Shown here: positions 1 to 12,033 of the stretch, in pieces
Position numbering within the stretch: the first letter of the stretch is position 1
Layout of the letters: every line of letters begins with the position of its first letter
Source of the DNA: Lepidodermella squamata
Taxonomy: Eukaryota > Animalia > Gastrotricha
Direction: 5' to 3'
Assembly (NCBI GenBank): GCA_047495785.1
Contig: JBLDXI010000006.1
Location: 386,438-450,437, forward strand
Length of the DNA stretch: 64,000 nucleotides
Notes under the pieces: generated by a model
What the model was told of the DNA's origin: nothing
Databases searched by the model: none
What the model saw: the letters and a program-made list of their open reading frames with translations, nothing else
Translations under genes and position numbers: made by a program

Positions 1-899
1 TTATCTGTACCCAATGAAAAATAGGTATGCTTTTTCTGTTTTTCAACAAAATGGCAACGCATTGAAGGAACCTTGGAATTAGCTTAAAGACTCCTGGCCT
101 AGTCTCTGCTTTCATGATTCTGGCTAAAGAGCATAGAGAAAGATAATTGATAATGAATCCGAATCCGGCGGCGCCGAATCTTAAATTAGAAAGATGAACC
201 CGCAGGTAGCTCGAGACAAATGAAAATCCACTTTTGTATAATTCAGGTTCAGAAACTCCATGACTCATTCAAACATCAACCCATGCTGGTTTAATGTTTA
301 ACATCATATTGATATCCCTCCGTCTACTTTCAAAGCGAGGCGAAGTCTTTTCGAGAAATGTTCACCTGGTTTATCATAGTTCTGAGAAAAAATCATTAAA
401 AATTGTGTAAGGTCGAATTAGCACATGCAAATGAGGTGTCCAAATTTTGGTCGAAATGTCGAAATTTAGCAGTTTCTTTACGCATTTTTTCATAATAAAG
501 GTGAGCTCCTAAATTCTCCAAAATTTACCTGGTCGATCCGGATTCCTCGGGCAAAGATTTGGCAATTATTTTAAACTTTGTTGACTAAAACCGAATTTTT
601 AGTAATTAAAATCTTGTTTTGTCCAAAGTTAGGACCCATTACAGTATCAAACCAGATACAAATTTTGGGGTGTGAAAACAGATATGAAGTATCTCATGCG
701 ATAGCGCCCGGGATTAGAGCGATTAGTAGGCGGCGAGTCGGCAATATCTCGCCGCAAGGGAAGCATCTAAAACTATAGAAAGACTATAGAAGATCGCCAT
801 CAGAATGCCAACGCAGATTTTAATCGGTAACAGATTAATAACGATTGATGGCAATACGCAAGCAATGCAGAATCTCAAAGTCTTCGTGATGCTCGGTGA

Positions 900-1841
900 T
901 TAGAGCTTTTTGTAAGACCTCCACGTCCTTCGAGTGGTGGCAGCTTGCCAGTTCGTCGACCAGCCCTGTGTTGAACCGGGATTAGGCGAAGATCCGCGAG
1001 GAGTTGTCGACCAGCCTTGGGTGGACCAGCCCTGTGTTGAACCTGGATTCGGCGAAGAACCGCGAGGAGTTGTCGACCAGCCTTGGGTGGACCAGCCCTG
1101 TGTTGAACCGGGATTAGGCGAGGAACCGCGAGGGGTAGTCGACCAGCCTTGGGTGGACCAGCCCTGTGTTGAACCGGGATTAGACGAGGAACCGCGAGGG
1201 GTAGTCGACCAGCCTTGGGTGGACCAGCCCTGTGTTGAACCGGGATTAGACGAGGAACCGCGAGGGGTAGTCGACCAGCCTTGGGTGGACCAGCCCTGTG
1301 TTGAACCGGGATTAGGCGAAGAACCGCGAGGAGTTGTCGACCAGCCTTGGGTGGACCAGCCCTGTGTTGAACCGGGATTAGGCGAAGAACCGCGAGGGGT
1401 AGTCGACCAGCCTTGGGTTGAACCTGGATTCGAGGAAGAACCGCGAGGGGTAGTCGACCATGGCTTCTGAGTGGTTGAACCGTCAGTCGGCGAGTTCTTC
1501 GTGAAACAGGTGCCTTGTACGCATTGGTCGCCCTCACGGCACGAATGAGTGCCAATGCTCCCGTCACACTTTCCAATTACATAAGCGCCAACATCTTCAT
1601 TCGCCGGTTCTTTAGTGGCGCAGATTCCGCCGACGCATTTGTCATTGGAGAAGCAATCGCTAGTGTACTTGCATCGGCCATAAGTCCAAGCACCCGTTGA
1701 GGAGTAGCAGAGTTTACTGACGCACGGGTCACCGCGTAAGCAGTCGCTGCTAGTTGTACAACTGGCGTAATAGTACTGTGGCCCAGCGCTAACCGAGCCC
1801 AATGCCGCGAAACACAAAACCAAGCCGTTAATTAGATGCAT
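900..1841 (-). CDS. Secreted protein: signal peptide, three 4-Cys modules, Ser/Thr/Trp-rich tandem-repeat tail (313 aa, intronless)
   Basis: N-terminus MHLINGLVLCFAALGSVSA is signal-peptide-like. Modules CTTSSDCLRGDPCVSKLC, CKYTSDCFSNDKCVGGIC, CDGSIGTHSCREGDQCVQGTC, then about 7.5 copies of STQGWSTQGWSTTPRGSS(P/S)NPG. No TM or GPI tail. Confidence 0.85.
   Translation of the reverse strand: MHLINGLVLCFAALGSVSAGPQYYYASCTTSSDCLRGDPCVSKLCYSSTGAWTYGRCKYTSDCFSNDKCVGGICATKEPANEDVGAYVIGKCDGSIGTHSCREGDQCVQGTCFTKNSPTDGSTTQKPWSTTPRGSSSNPGSTQGWSTTPRGSSPNPGSTQGWSTQGWSTTPRGSSPNPGSTQGWSTQGWSTTPRGSSSNPGSTQGWSTQGWSTTPRGSSSNPGSTQGWSTQGWSTTPRGSSPNPGSTQGWSTQGWSTTPRGSSPNPGSTQGWSTQGWSTTPRGSSPNPGSTQGWSTNWQAATTRRTWRSYKKL
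955..1465. repeat. Coding 66-bp tandem repeat (about 7.5 units)
   Basis: cagccctgtgttgaacc recurs at 961, 1027, 1093 and onward with a 66-bp period. Confidence 0.95.
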
Positions 1842-4045
1842 TTTAACTTCACTGCACTTTCGGACAATCCAAGCGCTTCTTTTATTGACGACATGGGCGT
1901 GGCCAATGGGCGTTTTTGGCAGGCCAATTTTGGTGTTTCATGCACATCCGAGAGTACGTTGCTGTAATCAGCAGCTGCCTTGTTTACCCAGATGACTAAC
2001 ATATTGCGATATAGGTGTACTCCCACAGGCTACTACGTGATACGAAGTTGATATATGTCGTAGGAAATGGAGCAAATAGCTTTTTGCCCTACAAATTTAG
2101 ATTTTGGAGCAAACTGCTCCGAAATTGTTCCGAATTTCACTGAAATTCCGACGAAGCCGGCATGATATTTCATCAGTTAGCGTGTAGCGTTTTTATTTGT
2201 ATGTCGATACATAATTAGACCGATTTCATTCATTCCAGTTGTCCTGAGTTATTGGAATTATGCATTAGCCGATTTTCAATAGTCGATAGGCCTGATCTAA
2301 CTTAAAACTGGCTGTCACTACTTCACGCTTCACTTCACCGGATGTTCAGTTTTAATAATTAGATTTTGACTTCGAAAATGGCAACATCCCGATGAGGGGC
2401 GGCGGGAGCTTCTAGCCGATTTTCCGACCAGTCTGGCGTTCACTCGGCTAATTTGCCAGTCGATGATCACTATCGAGATCCTACGCCTACGCCGCATAGG
2501 AAATGCGGTCATTATTTCTGCTGAAAGCTGGTAGCATTGCTACAAATTTATTGCCTAGGCGCCATTTCGAAACAATAACGAACTCGATGATGAGGGCCCC
2601 CATGCAGATATCGGGGGTGCACTGCACAGTAAACGTCGCATACGTTCACGTTTTAGATGGCCTAGGCACAGAGTGGTAAAGCGCTTCTGCCCTACCACGT
2701 AAACGCTGAAATCAGAACTGGGTTTCGACAGTAGCATTAGTTTCCCTGCGAAGTTCAAGAGGTTCGGGCTTCCGTCATCGTGGCATTCTGATTTCCCAAC
2801 TCTATTTTTATAAATTGAGGTAATTAGAGCCGTTTAGAATTCATCTGATGGGACCCTCTTCCCAATCCAAGCTAGATTCCTAATTTCCTTGGGCCATTCT
2901 TTGCCATACTGAGGCTGAGATCTCGTTCAAATCGTTTCATTTAAGCAGCATGAGCTGGTAAACGGTGTTTTGAAGTTTGAAGATATTTCGAAGAAAGTCG
3001 AAAACATAGCATCCACGCAACCTAAGCATCAAGGTCAAGTCGGAAACGTCAATTGATGAATAGTAGCAACTTCTATTAATTAAATATAGGCGTTTTGTGA
3101 ACCGGGCTTGAAGAGCCTCCAGCTTACGAATGTCCGTTGAATGATACGGTAAGTAGACCGAACGGCAGAAATCAAGACGTGAAGGAGTATAGGTCGGCTT
3201 TTAGGCGTAGACGAAGCGAATGATCGCATACGCGTTGGCAAACGCGTTGGCCAAACATTGCAGGGCCCAGAGGACGTAAGGTGTTAATCAACGATGATGC
3301 CGAGATCTTTAACTAGGAAGAAGGAAAATTAAGCAATCTTGGATGGCTCAGAATACAGAAACACTTTTCTTGTACGAATGACTGTATGAATCGAGGTTCC
3401 GAAGGAACCGAAGATGAATACAGTCCCTCTCTGGAACCCCTCGATTCGTTTGGCTGCGCCAAACTCACTCGGGGTTCCATATCGGGGGGAAATTATATTT
3501 CTCCATGGTTTGCCATAGAGTATTCCCTTATTTCCTGAGACTGAGAACAGCGAATTAGTTCTGATTAACGGGTAAACCATATGTAAAAGTCATGCCAACT
3601 GTTATTTTTTCGAGATCTGCCTGAATGTCGATGCAATCGGCGAGACAGCGAGTATGCAGCATGATGCAGCGGAGCTGGCGTAGTGATAGGCATTAGATTA
3701 TCAATTAGACTATCGTTATTACAAAAATCACGGTCGCCAGTTTCGCTGTCTGTTGTCGAGGAGCAGGCAATTGTTATATGCCGCCTGGTGAGACGGCCAT
3801 AATGCAGGCTATTTTCGCGTGATGTTGGCCACAAGGTTAAACGGCCTTTGAAACTGAAAAGCGGTGCAGTATTTTTCAGCAATTATCATGATATCATGAG
3901 GACAACATTCCAGCTATACGAAATAAAGCGCGTCTTGTCATATAAAATGTGTGACCTATAACCAACCTATATGAACTGATTTTCAGGTGTAAAACTGTCT
4001 CTCATTTTTGAACAGGGAGCAACTCATTTTGGTTTCTTACGTGGT

Positions 4046-4216
4046 AAGTTCACTGAGTGAAAAGGCTGTCCTGCGTGTCAGAAGGCGGAGACTGAAGTGG
4101 CTGCTGGTCGCAGTCTCACGGCCAAGTCTTGCCTAGCTCCTGGTGTGCAGTATTCGCTATGATCTAGGATGGTGAATGACGCGACAACAGGCCCAATTAC
4201 GACTTTGTATTTGTAA
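4046..4216 (+). pseudogene. Decayed three-finger (Ly6/LU) domain fragment, inverted copy of domain 3 of the 15574-16411 gene
   Basis: Translates KFTE*KGCPACQKAETEVAAGRSLTAKSCLAPGVQYSL*SRMVNDATTGPITT, matching KFTEQDGCAACQKAEIEVAAGRSLTAKSCLAPGVQYSLGCRVVNGGTTGPTTT with two in-frame stops. Confidence 0.9.
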
Positions 4217-4633
4217 TAACATATATAAATGCATAGTTAGCACTAAAAAACAAAACAGCCCGATTTTATGTCCACATCTAATGAGTGTAAAATAGCCATT
4301 TGCTTCCAATCGCTATCTCCCCCATTTTTAATGTTTACTTTAAGTCTGTGGTCCGTGGTCTTATCGCTAAGTCACCACCTCACGTGCCCCTTATATTCAA
4401 TCACCATGTCTGTCATTCTTTCTAATAAGCGCTAGATAATGGTCGATGTTAGTTTTGGCACCACCCTCATTAATGAGAAGAAGAAGAAGCTTCATAGGAG
4501 TGTCAAGCTTGTCCTGACCGATATTGGCCTCCCAGAATCTGCATGAATACTTGGGCATGGTAGCAGTCTTCCTAAGCTTCCTGAAAGGTGACAGGGCTTG
4601 CCGGCCTTGAATTCTGGGCGGGATGTTAGCGTC

Positions 4634-4641
4634 TATATAAA
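4634..4641 (+). promoter_or_regulatory. Putative TATA box of Ly6-1
   Basis: TATATAAA about 75 bp upstream of ATG 4710. The paralogue at 15060 has TATATTTAAA at the equivalent position. Confidence 0.5.
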
Positions 4642-4709
4642 CCCCGCTGCCAGTGCATCAATCTCCAATCCACCAAATCGTTCACCTATTTCAAACCAGC
4701 GCACTGATA

Positions 4710-5093
4710 ATGCCTCGCATCAGCCTTGTCGCTCTTTTCCTTATAGCACTTTTCGCTGGCTCATGTAAGCGGATTTCAGTTGAATCAGACAATTGATTGT
4801 CAAAATGCTTCATTTTAGTTGCCATCAAGTGTTATGTTGGTGTAGCTGAGGGACAGTACACAGTCAATAACAACTGTGATGTTTGCGAGACAATCGTAGC
4901 TGCAGGCACAACGAAGTTGTGTCTCCCTGCGCAGCCAGGCCTTGACATGACCTGCTCACAGTCGTCGTACGATGGCCAGCCAGCAACTGTTTGCTTCTGC
5001 AACACCGATCTGTGCAACAGCGCCCCTGTGACTGCCGGCGCTCAAGCTGCTGTCACTGGTTCAATCGTGCTCGCCGCCTATTTCGCGCTATAG
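4710..5093 (+). CDS. Ly6/three-finger protein 1, predicted GPI-anchored (exons 4710-4764, 4819-5093)
   Basis: Signal exon MPRISLVALFLIALFAGS, phase-1 54-bp GTAAG..TTTTAG intron, then AIKCY..CDVC..C..C..CFCNTDLCN (8 Cys, LU-type C-x-C-x4-C-N end) and hydrophobic tail SAPVTAGAQAAVTGSIVLAAYFAL. Confidence 0.9.
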
Positions 5094-7058
5094 ATGCCAA
5101 TCACCACTAAGAACTATTTACTACTTCAAATTTGAATTTTTTTCGTTTATTTTGATCATTGGTACATCAGTAAACTTGGTGAATACGACCGATTGAATCT
5201 ATAGAACCATTGCTTCCCCAATCCAAATTGACCCATTACCAGCCCTGGAGTTTCTTAGATTGCGTAACTTCCCGGCTTGGACCCCTTCCACATGTCTTAC
5301 TTACAGAGGAAATAATTCGCGATTTAATTAGCTAAACCAGGCGTTTTGGGCGAAGCGTTGAGTGCGAATAGCGAAGAGCGAAGCAGATAAAAAAACGTGT
5401 GAAACGGATGACCGGCAGCGCGACGGCGGGCGAGACAAGTTCAATAACAAACGCCCACTTGGAGTTCTACCCCAGCTTTCACACAGTATGTCCCTAAAGT
5501 TGTACTGTATTTTGCCGCGCAGTGGCTGTCATGCCACTGCGCCATGCCACTGCGACAGGCCACTAAAAAGTGGAACATAGTTTTTGACCCATTTCGAACT
5601 GCTCTGATTATATTGTCTCGTAGTGATTTATAAGGAGGTAAGCCGCTGTAAAACGAGCTATAAAGTGGCATGGCACTCCAAGTGCAGTAATACGGATTAA
5701 CGAAACTCAACTTCTATTTTCTATGACGTACTCCATTTATCAAAGAGGTGATATGTGTTAATTGTTTAATCTCGCCGGGTTTCTGTACAGCGACAAAATA
5801 AAAACTTTTGGTCAAAAAACCAGAATAGTATATATTGGATTCGAAGGAGTACATAACGCAGTTATTGTACTCCGATATTGGCCGAGAGGCGTCCGGCTCG
5901 CGAAAGCGAGCCAGCCTCGAGTCCAATATCGGAGTACTATAACGCGTTATGTTCGACGCGAATCCACTATGTATGTTATCGTTCGGTGGGACAAAACAAG
6001 CCGGACCGGGTAGGATAGCTAGACAGCAAGGTCAATTTCTAAAATTAAAAAATCCAGCCTAATATTTTCACTAACGTTTTGCAAAAATCATTGCTATTTA
6101 TTCATTTTTCGATACCGCGATTTAATTCACGCATCATTTTTGCGGTTCCTTCAACGGAAAATTGCTTATATGGGACGCCTCATTAGAACCCGTGGCTTCG
6201 AAGCTGAAGAAGAAGATAAAGAAGCGGACCAAGAGCGTACGCTGTTCCAGGCAGTCGATTGTGTCTTGTTGCCGGTCTTGCTGCTGGACTATAACGCTGT
6301 CCGCGCCTAACAATCGGTTTTTTGGAAGAAGTTCAATTCCGAACTGCGAGTAGGATCAAAAGAGCGCTCTACAAGCGGGTGAAGTTGGGCGAGCATTCAA
6401 TCGATGCTTTGGTGAAGAACGCAGTGTCGCAAGCCGGGATTAAGAAAATTCTCCCCGGCAACTGCGTGTGGAAATGTACCGGGTGGACTAGTTGATGCCC
6501 AATGAAGTAATACCAGAAAGGGCGATGCGTAAATGAATGCTCTTTTCAATTACCGAATCTTGAAGCTGGAGGAGCAGCCTCGCCCATGCTCTCTTATAGT
6601 TCGGAGATGGAGCAGCCTTTGGATGATCCCAACGCGAGCAATCAACAATACAAGCTAGTAGCTGAGTCGAACGGAAATGTGGACGACTACATCACCCTCT
6701 TTCAGTTCCGCCCTCCTATGGACCTTTGCCACGATGCCATACGTTTTGAAAATTTTGACAATTTCAATAAAGTAATGATACTGCAATAATGATTTGCATC
6801 TCTTAGAGCAAAAATGCCGGGCTTTTCCTTATTTATTAAACCAAAACTAGTTAAGAAATAAGAAAAATGCGTGTTCTTTTGGCTAGTACAGTCAGGGGGC
6901 GAGTGGTCGAGTTGGGCAATTTGACAAATATAATTTAAAAAATCCACCTTAAACGCCTGTTATTTGTATTTTGGCCAGTACAATAACATTGTTATTGTAT
7001 CGATAATTTTTGTACCACCGGACGATAACACACTTTTTAGAGATTTTATTATTTGTGC

Positions 7059-8011
7059 ATGGCTCCTGCGACTAAGAAGCTCAACTCGGGCTATGAATGT
7101 CCAATGTTTGGCTACGGAACTTGGCTATCAAAGGACCCAACTGAGCTGAAAACCGGTCTAACAGCCGCTATCAAAGCCGGTTACCGCCACATTGACACAG
7201 CCCAAGCTTACGGAAACGAAGACCTGATCGGCGAAATTTTGGATGGGCTCTACAAAGACGGCGTTGTAAAACGCGACGACTTGTTCATCACGACAAAGCT
7301 GTGGCCCAGCCATTTCGCCCCTCATCTGGTCATGGACCAAATCAAGCGGCAGCTGGCGAGCCTGAGGACGACTTACATCGACCTGTACCTGATGCACTTC
7401 CCTGTTCCTTGCAAATGGTCCGACCCGCTGCCTGCACAGCCTCCTATCGATGCGGAAGCTACTTTCGAAGCAACCTATGCAAAATTGGAAGAAGCTGTCA
7501 GCCTCGGCTTTGCCCGTTCGATTGGTGTTTCGAACTTCACCGTCGCCCAAATCGAGCGCTTGGTCAAGGTGGCTAAAATCAAGCCGGCTATGAACCAGTG
7601 TGAGATGCACCCGTTTTTCCAGAATACGAAGCTCATCGAGGCCTGTCACAAGCATGGCGTCGATTTCACGCTTACTCTTCATTTGGAAATCCTGGTTACG
7701 AGCATCCCGGTAAGAAACGTATTAACGTCTTCGAAAATGCGACGTTATTAGAGATCGGTGCTAAGTATGGCAAGAAGCCTAGTCAAGTCATTCTTCGGTG
7801 GCAGATCCAGCTTGGGATTTTCGCAATCCCGAAAAGTGTTTCGCCAGCTCGAGTTGCTGAGAATTTCGACATTTGGAATTTCGAACTGAGCGCCGAAGAT
7901 ATGGCGAAAATCAAGGCGTTGGATGAGGATGAGCGCGTTATTTGGTGGGTGTTCAACCCGACTCTGAAAGACCATCCGGATTACCCTTTTAAAAGCAAGG
8001 GAAGCTGCTAG
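7059..8011 (+). CDS. Aldo-keto reductase (AKR superfamily), intronless, interrupted by a 1-bp frameshift near 7670
   Basis: Motifs GYGTW, GYRHIDTAQAYGNE (Asp/Tyr), LFITTKLW (Lys), DLYLMHFP (His), SIGVSNF, NQCEMHP. After acgct at 7668-7672 the shifted frame continues AYSSFGNP..QVILRWQIQ..AIPKSVSPARVAENFDIWNFELS..HPDYPFKSKGSC* (TAG 8009-8011). Confidence 0.92.
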
Positions 8012-8694
8012 GCTGGAATCAGATTTCAATACGATAACATCGTGAAATACACAGGAATAATTAAAACTTTAGGCATATTAGAAAATAGGTTTAATTTTAT
8101 TGTATTCAAATTGATTCAACTGATGAGCTTTCTTTGCCGATTAAAACGCGATTTTGGGTTATAAGTGTTTGGGTTTATACTGAATCTAAATTCCAACGCA
8201 ACACTCGGAATGAGACAATCCGAACAAAATGATGTTCCCAAACGAACTTTGACTGTCTCCAGGGGTAAGAGCCGCGGACATTTGCGGAGACGAGGTGTTT
8301 CGGAGAAGCGTTCAGAGGGGAGATAACACTGGAATGCAAGTGTTTGTTCAGGAATCTGAATTCTTAACTGAATAGAGATGCAACGGCGAGTGCCGCAATT
8401 GACGCAATGAAAACATCTTAGGTTTATCTTATCGCCAGTTGAGCATCACCTGATGTCCGAATTTGTGTCAAGGACTATCTTAAAAGTGAGAATATTTTCA
8501 AACGTATGCAGCTTGTCCTAACACGGCTTGTCGCGCCCCATTGCGCAGTAGAAATGCCGAAGATTTCTGTCGCGCTTTCAGACATGAGATAAGATACCGT
8601 GCTGTTTAAATAGCAGCAGCCAGAGTTTTCCATCATATCACATCTCTCAAATCATACTGGTCGTCCATTTCTCACGAACAACAGCGTACTGACC

Positions 8695-9091
8695 ATGTCT
8701 CGCATCACCCTTGTTGCTTTTGTTTTCACGGCGCTTATTGCTGGTTCATGTAAGAATTTGAATCTAATGAGAACACATTCTCAAAAAATTCTACAATTTA
8801 GTTGCCATCAAGTGTTACATGGGGTCTAACGGGTCCTACACGGAGGCTGAAGGCTGCGGCGTTTGCTCGAAATATGTCATCAAAGCTTCAGGTGTCGAAA
8901 GCACCACGAAAATGTGCCTGCCTGCGCAGCAAGGCGAAAAAATGACCTGTACGACCCAGTCGCAAGGCGGTGCAACAGGAACTGAGTGCTTCTGCAACAC
9001 TGACCTATGCAACAGCGCCCATGCAACAGCTGCCGGTGCTCAAACAGCTGTCGCTGCTTCAATCTTGCTCGCAGTCTATTTCATGTTCTAA
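8695..9091 (+). CDS. Ly6/three-finger protein 2, predicted GPI-anchored (exons 8695-8749, 8802-9091)
   Basis: MSRITLVAFVFTALIAGS, phase-1 52-bp intron, AIKCYMG..CGVC..CFCNTDLCN and a hydrophobic tail. Confidence 0.9.
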
Positions 9092-9124
9092 GCTGTTGCT
9101 TTTGATTGCGTTGATGATTTTTTG

Positions 9125-9200
9125 TTTTAATCACCCGGATTACCCTTTCAAAAGCAAGGGAAGCTGCCAAGCTGGAATCAGAATTCATTAAGAAAACATT
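9125..9200 (+). pseudogene. Duplicated 3' end of the AKR gene
   Basis: cacccggattaccctttcaaaagcaagggaagctgccaagctggaatcag (HPDYPFKSKGSC) matches 7972-8022. Confidence 0.85.
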
Positions 9201-9496
9201 ATCAAATTGCTGAGAAGTTCTATCAAGAAAAATCGATGCATCATGATATGAGAACGGGAATAAATTGTAACTTTAGGCATCCGTATGTATTGGAGGAAAT
9301 TAGGTTTAATTTTATTGTATTAAACTTAATTCAGCTTCTTTGTTTTCCAAATAAATCGCGATTTATCTTATCACCACCTGATCTTAGAAGAAAGAAGAAT
9401 ATTTTCAGAAGTGTGCGGCTTGTCCTAACACGGCTTGTCGCGCCCGATTGCGCAGCGGAAATTTCTGTCGTGCTTCCAGAGTTAAGATAAGATCAG

Positions 9497-9794
9497 TTGC
9501 CATCAGGTGTTACTTGGGTACTAGCATTGAATTGCCCTACACAGAGGCGAACGGCTGCAGCGTTTGCGGGAAATATGTCCATAAAGATAAAGATGCAGGT
9601 ATGGACAACACCTTTAAAATGTGCCTGACTGAGCAGCAAGGCAAAGAAATGACCTGCACAACCAAGTCGAAAGGCAGTGCAATAGCAACTGAATGCTACT
9701 GCAACACCGACTTGTGCAACAGCGTCCTGTGACTGCCGGTGCTCAAGCTGCCGTCACTGGTTCGATCCTGCTTGCTGCCTATTTCATGTTCTAA
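9497..9794 (+). pseudogene. Ly6-3 pseudogene (signal exon deleted, frameshift in GPI tail)
   Basis: Exon-2 homologue AIRCYLG..CSVC..CYCNTDLCNSVL* directly abuts upstream promoter-derived sequence (agataagat). The GPI tail continues out of frame to ..YFMF*. Confidence 0.8.
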
Positions 9795-10174
9795 GGAGTT
9801 GCAAAACCATAGTGAAGAAATTAAAGCTTCAAGAATGGAATTCGCGTCATTTCATTTATGATTTTTAGTTTTATTTCTTCTGCAAGTATTTGTCCAACAA
9901 TCGATAATTTGACGAATCTATAGCCTTAATCTCATTAGATGTTTCAGTTCTGGAAAAAGATGTAGTAAGTAGTAGTAGTAATGGATGGCCTGTATCCTGT
10001 GTAGAATTCGACATCGACTGCGAAAAGAGCATTGTGACTTAAAATGGTCGCATTTTGACTAAAGATGGTGAACTCAGCTGCTGTTGTCTGTTAAATTTTG
10101 CTGTAAGCTGTGAATTTCGTGCCGATTGCCGATCTTCTCGAAAATATAACTCCAGGTATAGAACTATGGTCTTT

Positions 10175-10430
10175 GAGAGATATACCGCGGTTGATTTGTT
10201 GAGTACAACGGGTTAATTTTTATACCGAGCCTTTATTACACCATTCATTTTCATATTACATTAAATGTAAATCGTTCGCCTCTAGATCCTTACATCTATA
10301 AGCCTTTAAAACGTATACAGTATCTCGTATTGACTTTTGCCCGTCAGTTTATTCACCTTACCTAATAACAGATATTGAAATGCTTGAATCGATTCAAATC
10401 CGCTTCACAAAACGTTTGCTATATCGTGCA
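10175..10430 (+). mobile_element. Degenerate LINE (CR1/L2-clade) reverse-transcriptase C-terminal fragment
   Basis: Reads AFKTYTVSRIDFCPSVYSPYLITDIEMLESIQIRFTKRLL, resembling the CR1-type consensus YKTYVRPxLEYCxxVWSPYxxxDIxxLExVQRRFTK. A stop lies just upstream. Confidence 0.7.
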
Positions 10431-11331
10431 AACGTATTTGAAGGGATTTGAAGGGCTAACATCGGATTATGGGCCGTAATGAAAAATTTACTCACTTTTT
10501 GAAAGCATTCTTCAATTAAGCTGATTTGTAGATAGTGCTTATCATCAGGTTGATATTCTACCTACCATTCATCGTTTAAACAAGGGAGTCGCCGGTGGGA
10601 ATCTGGCTTCCGACATTCTGACAGTAGGCTTTTTCGAATTATTCTATCAAGAGAGAGTATCGAGGTTCGAGGGATACTCTCTGACGTAAGGGCGGGTGAC
10701 AGATTCTTTTGGTTGCCTTGCCTTCGCCTGCCTCAAAATCCGAAAGGGTGCAGACGATCAGCCGCGGGCATAGAGAACGTTCTCCATGGCCATTGGAAAT
10801 TGAAATGAAACTTTAAATTATAATCTCAAATATAGGTAACTTGCTGGGTAGCAAAAAGGAAGAATTGGTTTGCTATGACGGGGAACTCCCCGTTGTCGTG
10901 GGGCGTCTTCGTTACGTGTGTCCGTACGTCAAGGAGGATATGAGTGTACATTTAAAAAACAGGATCTACTTTTAGGATCTACTGACAACAGTGTGCGCGT
11001 GCGTGTTTCAAGGAGGATATTAGTGAACATTTAAAAAACGCGTGTTTCAAGGAGGATATGAGTGTACATTTAAAAAACAGGATCTACTAACAACTTGTAC
11101 ATACAACTGCGACGGGTTGACGTGCAACATGATCAGTGCACATAATCAGTGAACAGCGCGTACTTCTACCGAAACAATTTCACAAGCCATAAATGAGTTT
11201 TCAATTTATAATTCGGCGCATTCGGCATTCAAATCCAGTTTTCAATTTATAATTCGGCGCATTGGGCATTCAAATCCCTTCCTATTTTTCAATAGGCTTG
11301 ATGTTATATTAATCATTTCAACGGCTTCAAT

Positions 11332-11898
11332 ATGCGCCATCGTAACGCTAAGCCCACTGCAACAATCAGTGTTAATACTAAGCGCGTGCCCACTGATAAT
11401 TCTACTGAAAAATGCCATCCTCCAGGACCCTTCGAGTGTAAAGCCGCAAGTAGAAATGAAAATGACATACCCACCGCTAAGCCTGGTTCGCGTTGGCCCG
11501 GCTTGCCGTTGTCATGGCCGGAAACAGTCGTCCCCATCGCGCGGAAGTACTATCACTGTCAGCTCCCCATCAATGGATTGATGACATCCTTTGGGTTAAA
11601 CAATTACCCTATATTACCTTCTTTCGGAACCACTGTCTTTGGAGTGCAGGGGTTGAGCTTAGATACCATATGCATCGGCGACCCCAGGCCACCATCTTTC
11701 CTGTCTGTCGATAAAGCTAGCTTATATGTTAGCTTATCGAGAGTTAGAACGCTCCTTGGGCTATGGCTTGTTTATCATCTCACCGAGGATGACTATAAGT
11801 ATTTCAGCCCCGATCCGAGGCTCCTCGCAGAGGACCAACGACTAAAGAGCATATCAACTGCTCTCATAGAAGATTTTTTCCGCAAAACAAGTGCATAA
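11332..11898 (+). pseudogene. PIF1-like helicase C-terminal fragment (RepHel remnant)
   Basis: YPILPSFGTTVFGVQGLSLD and LYVSLSRVRTLLGL correspond to PIF1 motifs V/VI (QFPLxxAxAxTxHKSQGxSL; YVAxSR). N-terminal Walker motifs are absent. Confidence 0.8.
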
Positions 11899-12033
11899 GA
11901 CATTTGAGCAAAGCAGCGTCAAACATAACTTTTCAATTGGAATAGAACGTGATCATGTGCAACCATGTTTTCTAAATAAAACAAATTTATATCGCAAAAA
12001 ATGCATCAGGTCTTATTGAACGAGTGTCAATCC

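Noticed and set aside
955-1465. 66-bp repeats as a CRISPR array
   Set aside because: No unique spacers, period is a multiple of 3 inside a signal-peptide ORF, and the context is eukaryotic.
875-1576. Overlapping ORFs 875-1576 (-) and 934-1470 (+)
   Set aside because: Alternative frames of the stop-free coding repeat.
3565-3882. ORF containing GDRDFCN, similar to an LU-domain end
   Set aside because: Only the terminal motif matches and the other cysteines and signal exon are not recognisable. At most an unsupported relic.
7660-7680. Programmed ribosomal frameshift in the AKR
   Set aside because: No slippery heptamer or evident stimulatory structure. A 1-bp deletion or sequencing error is simpler.
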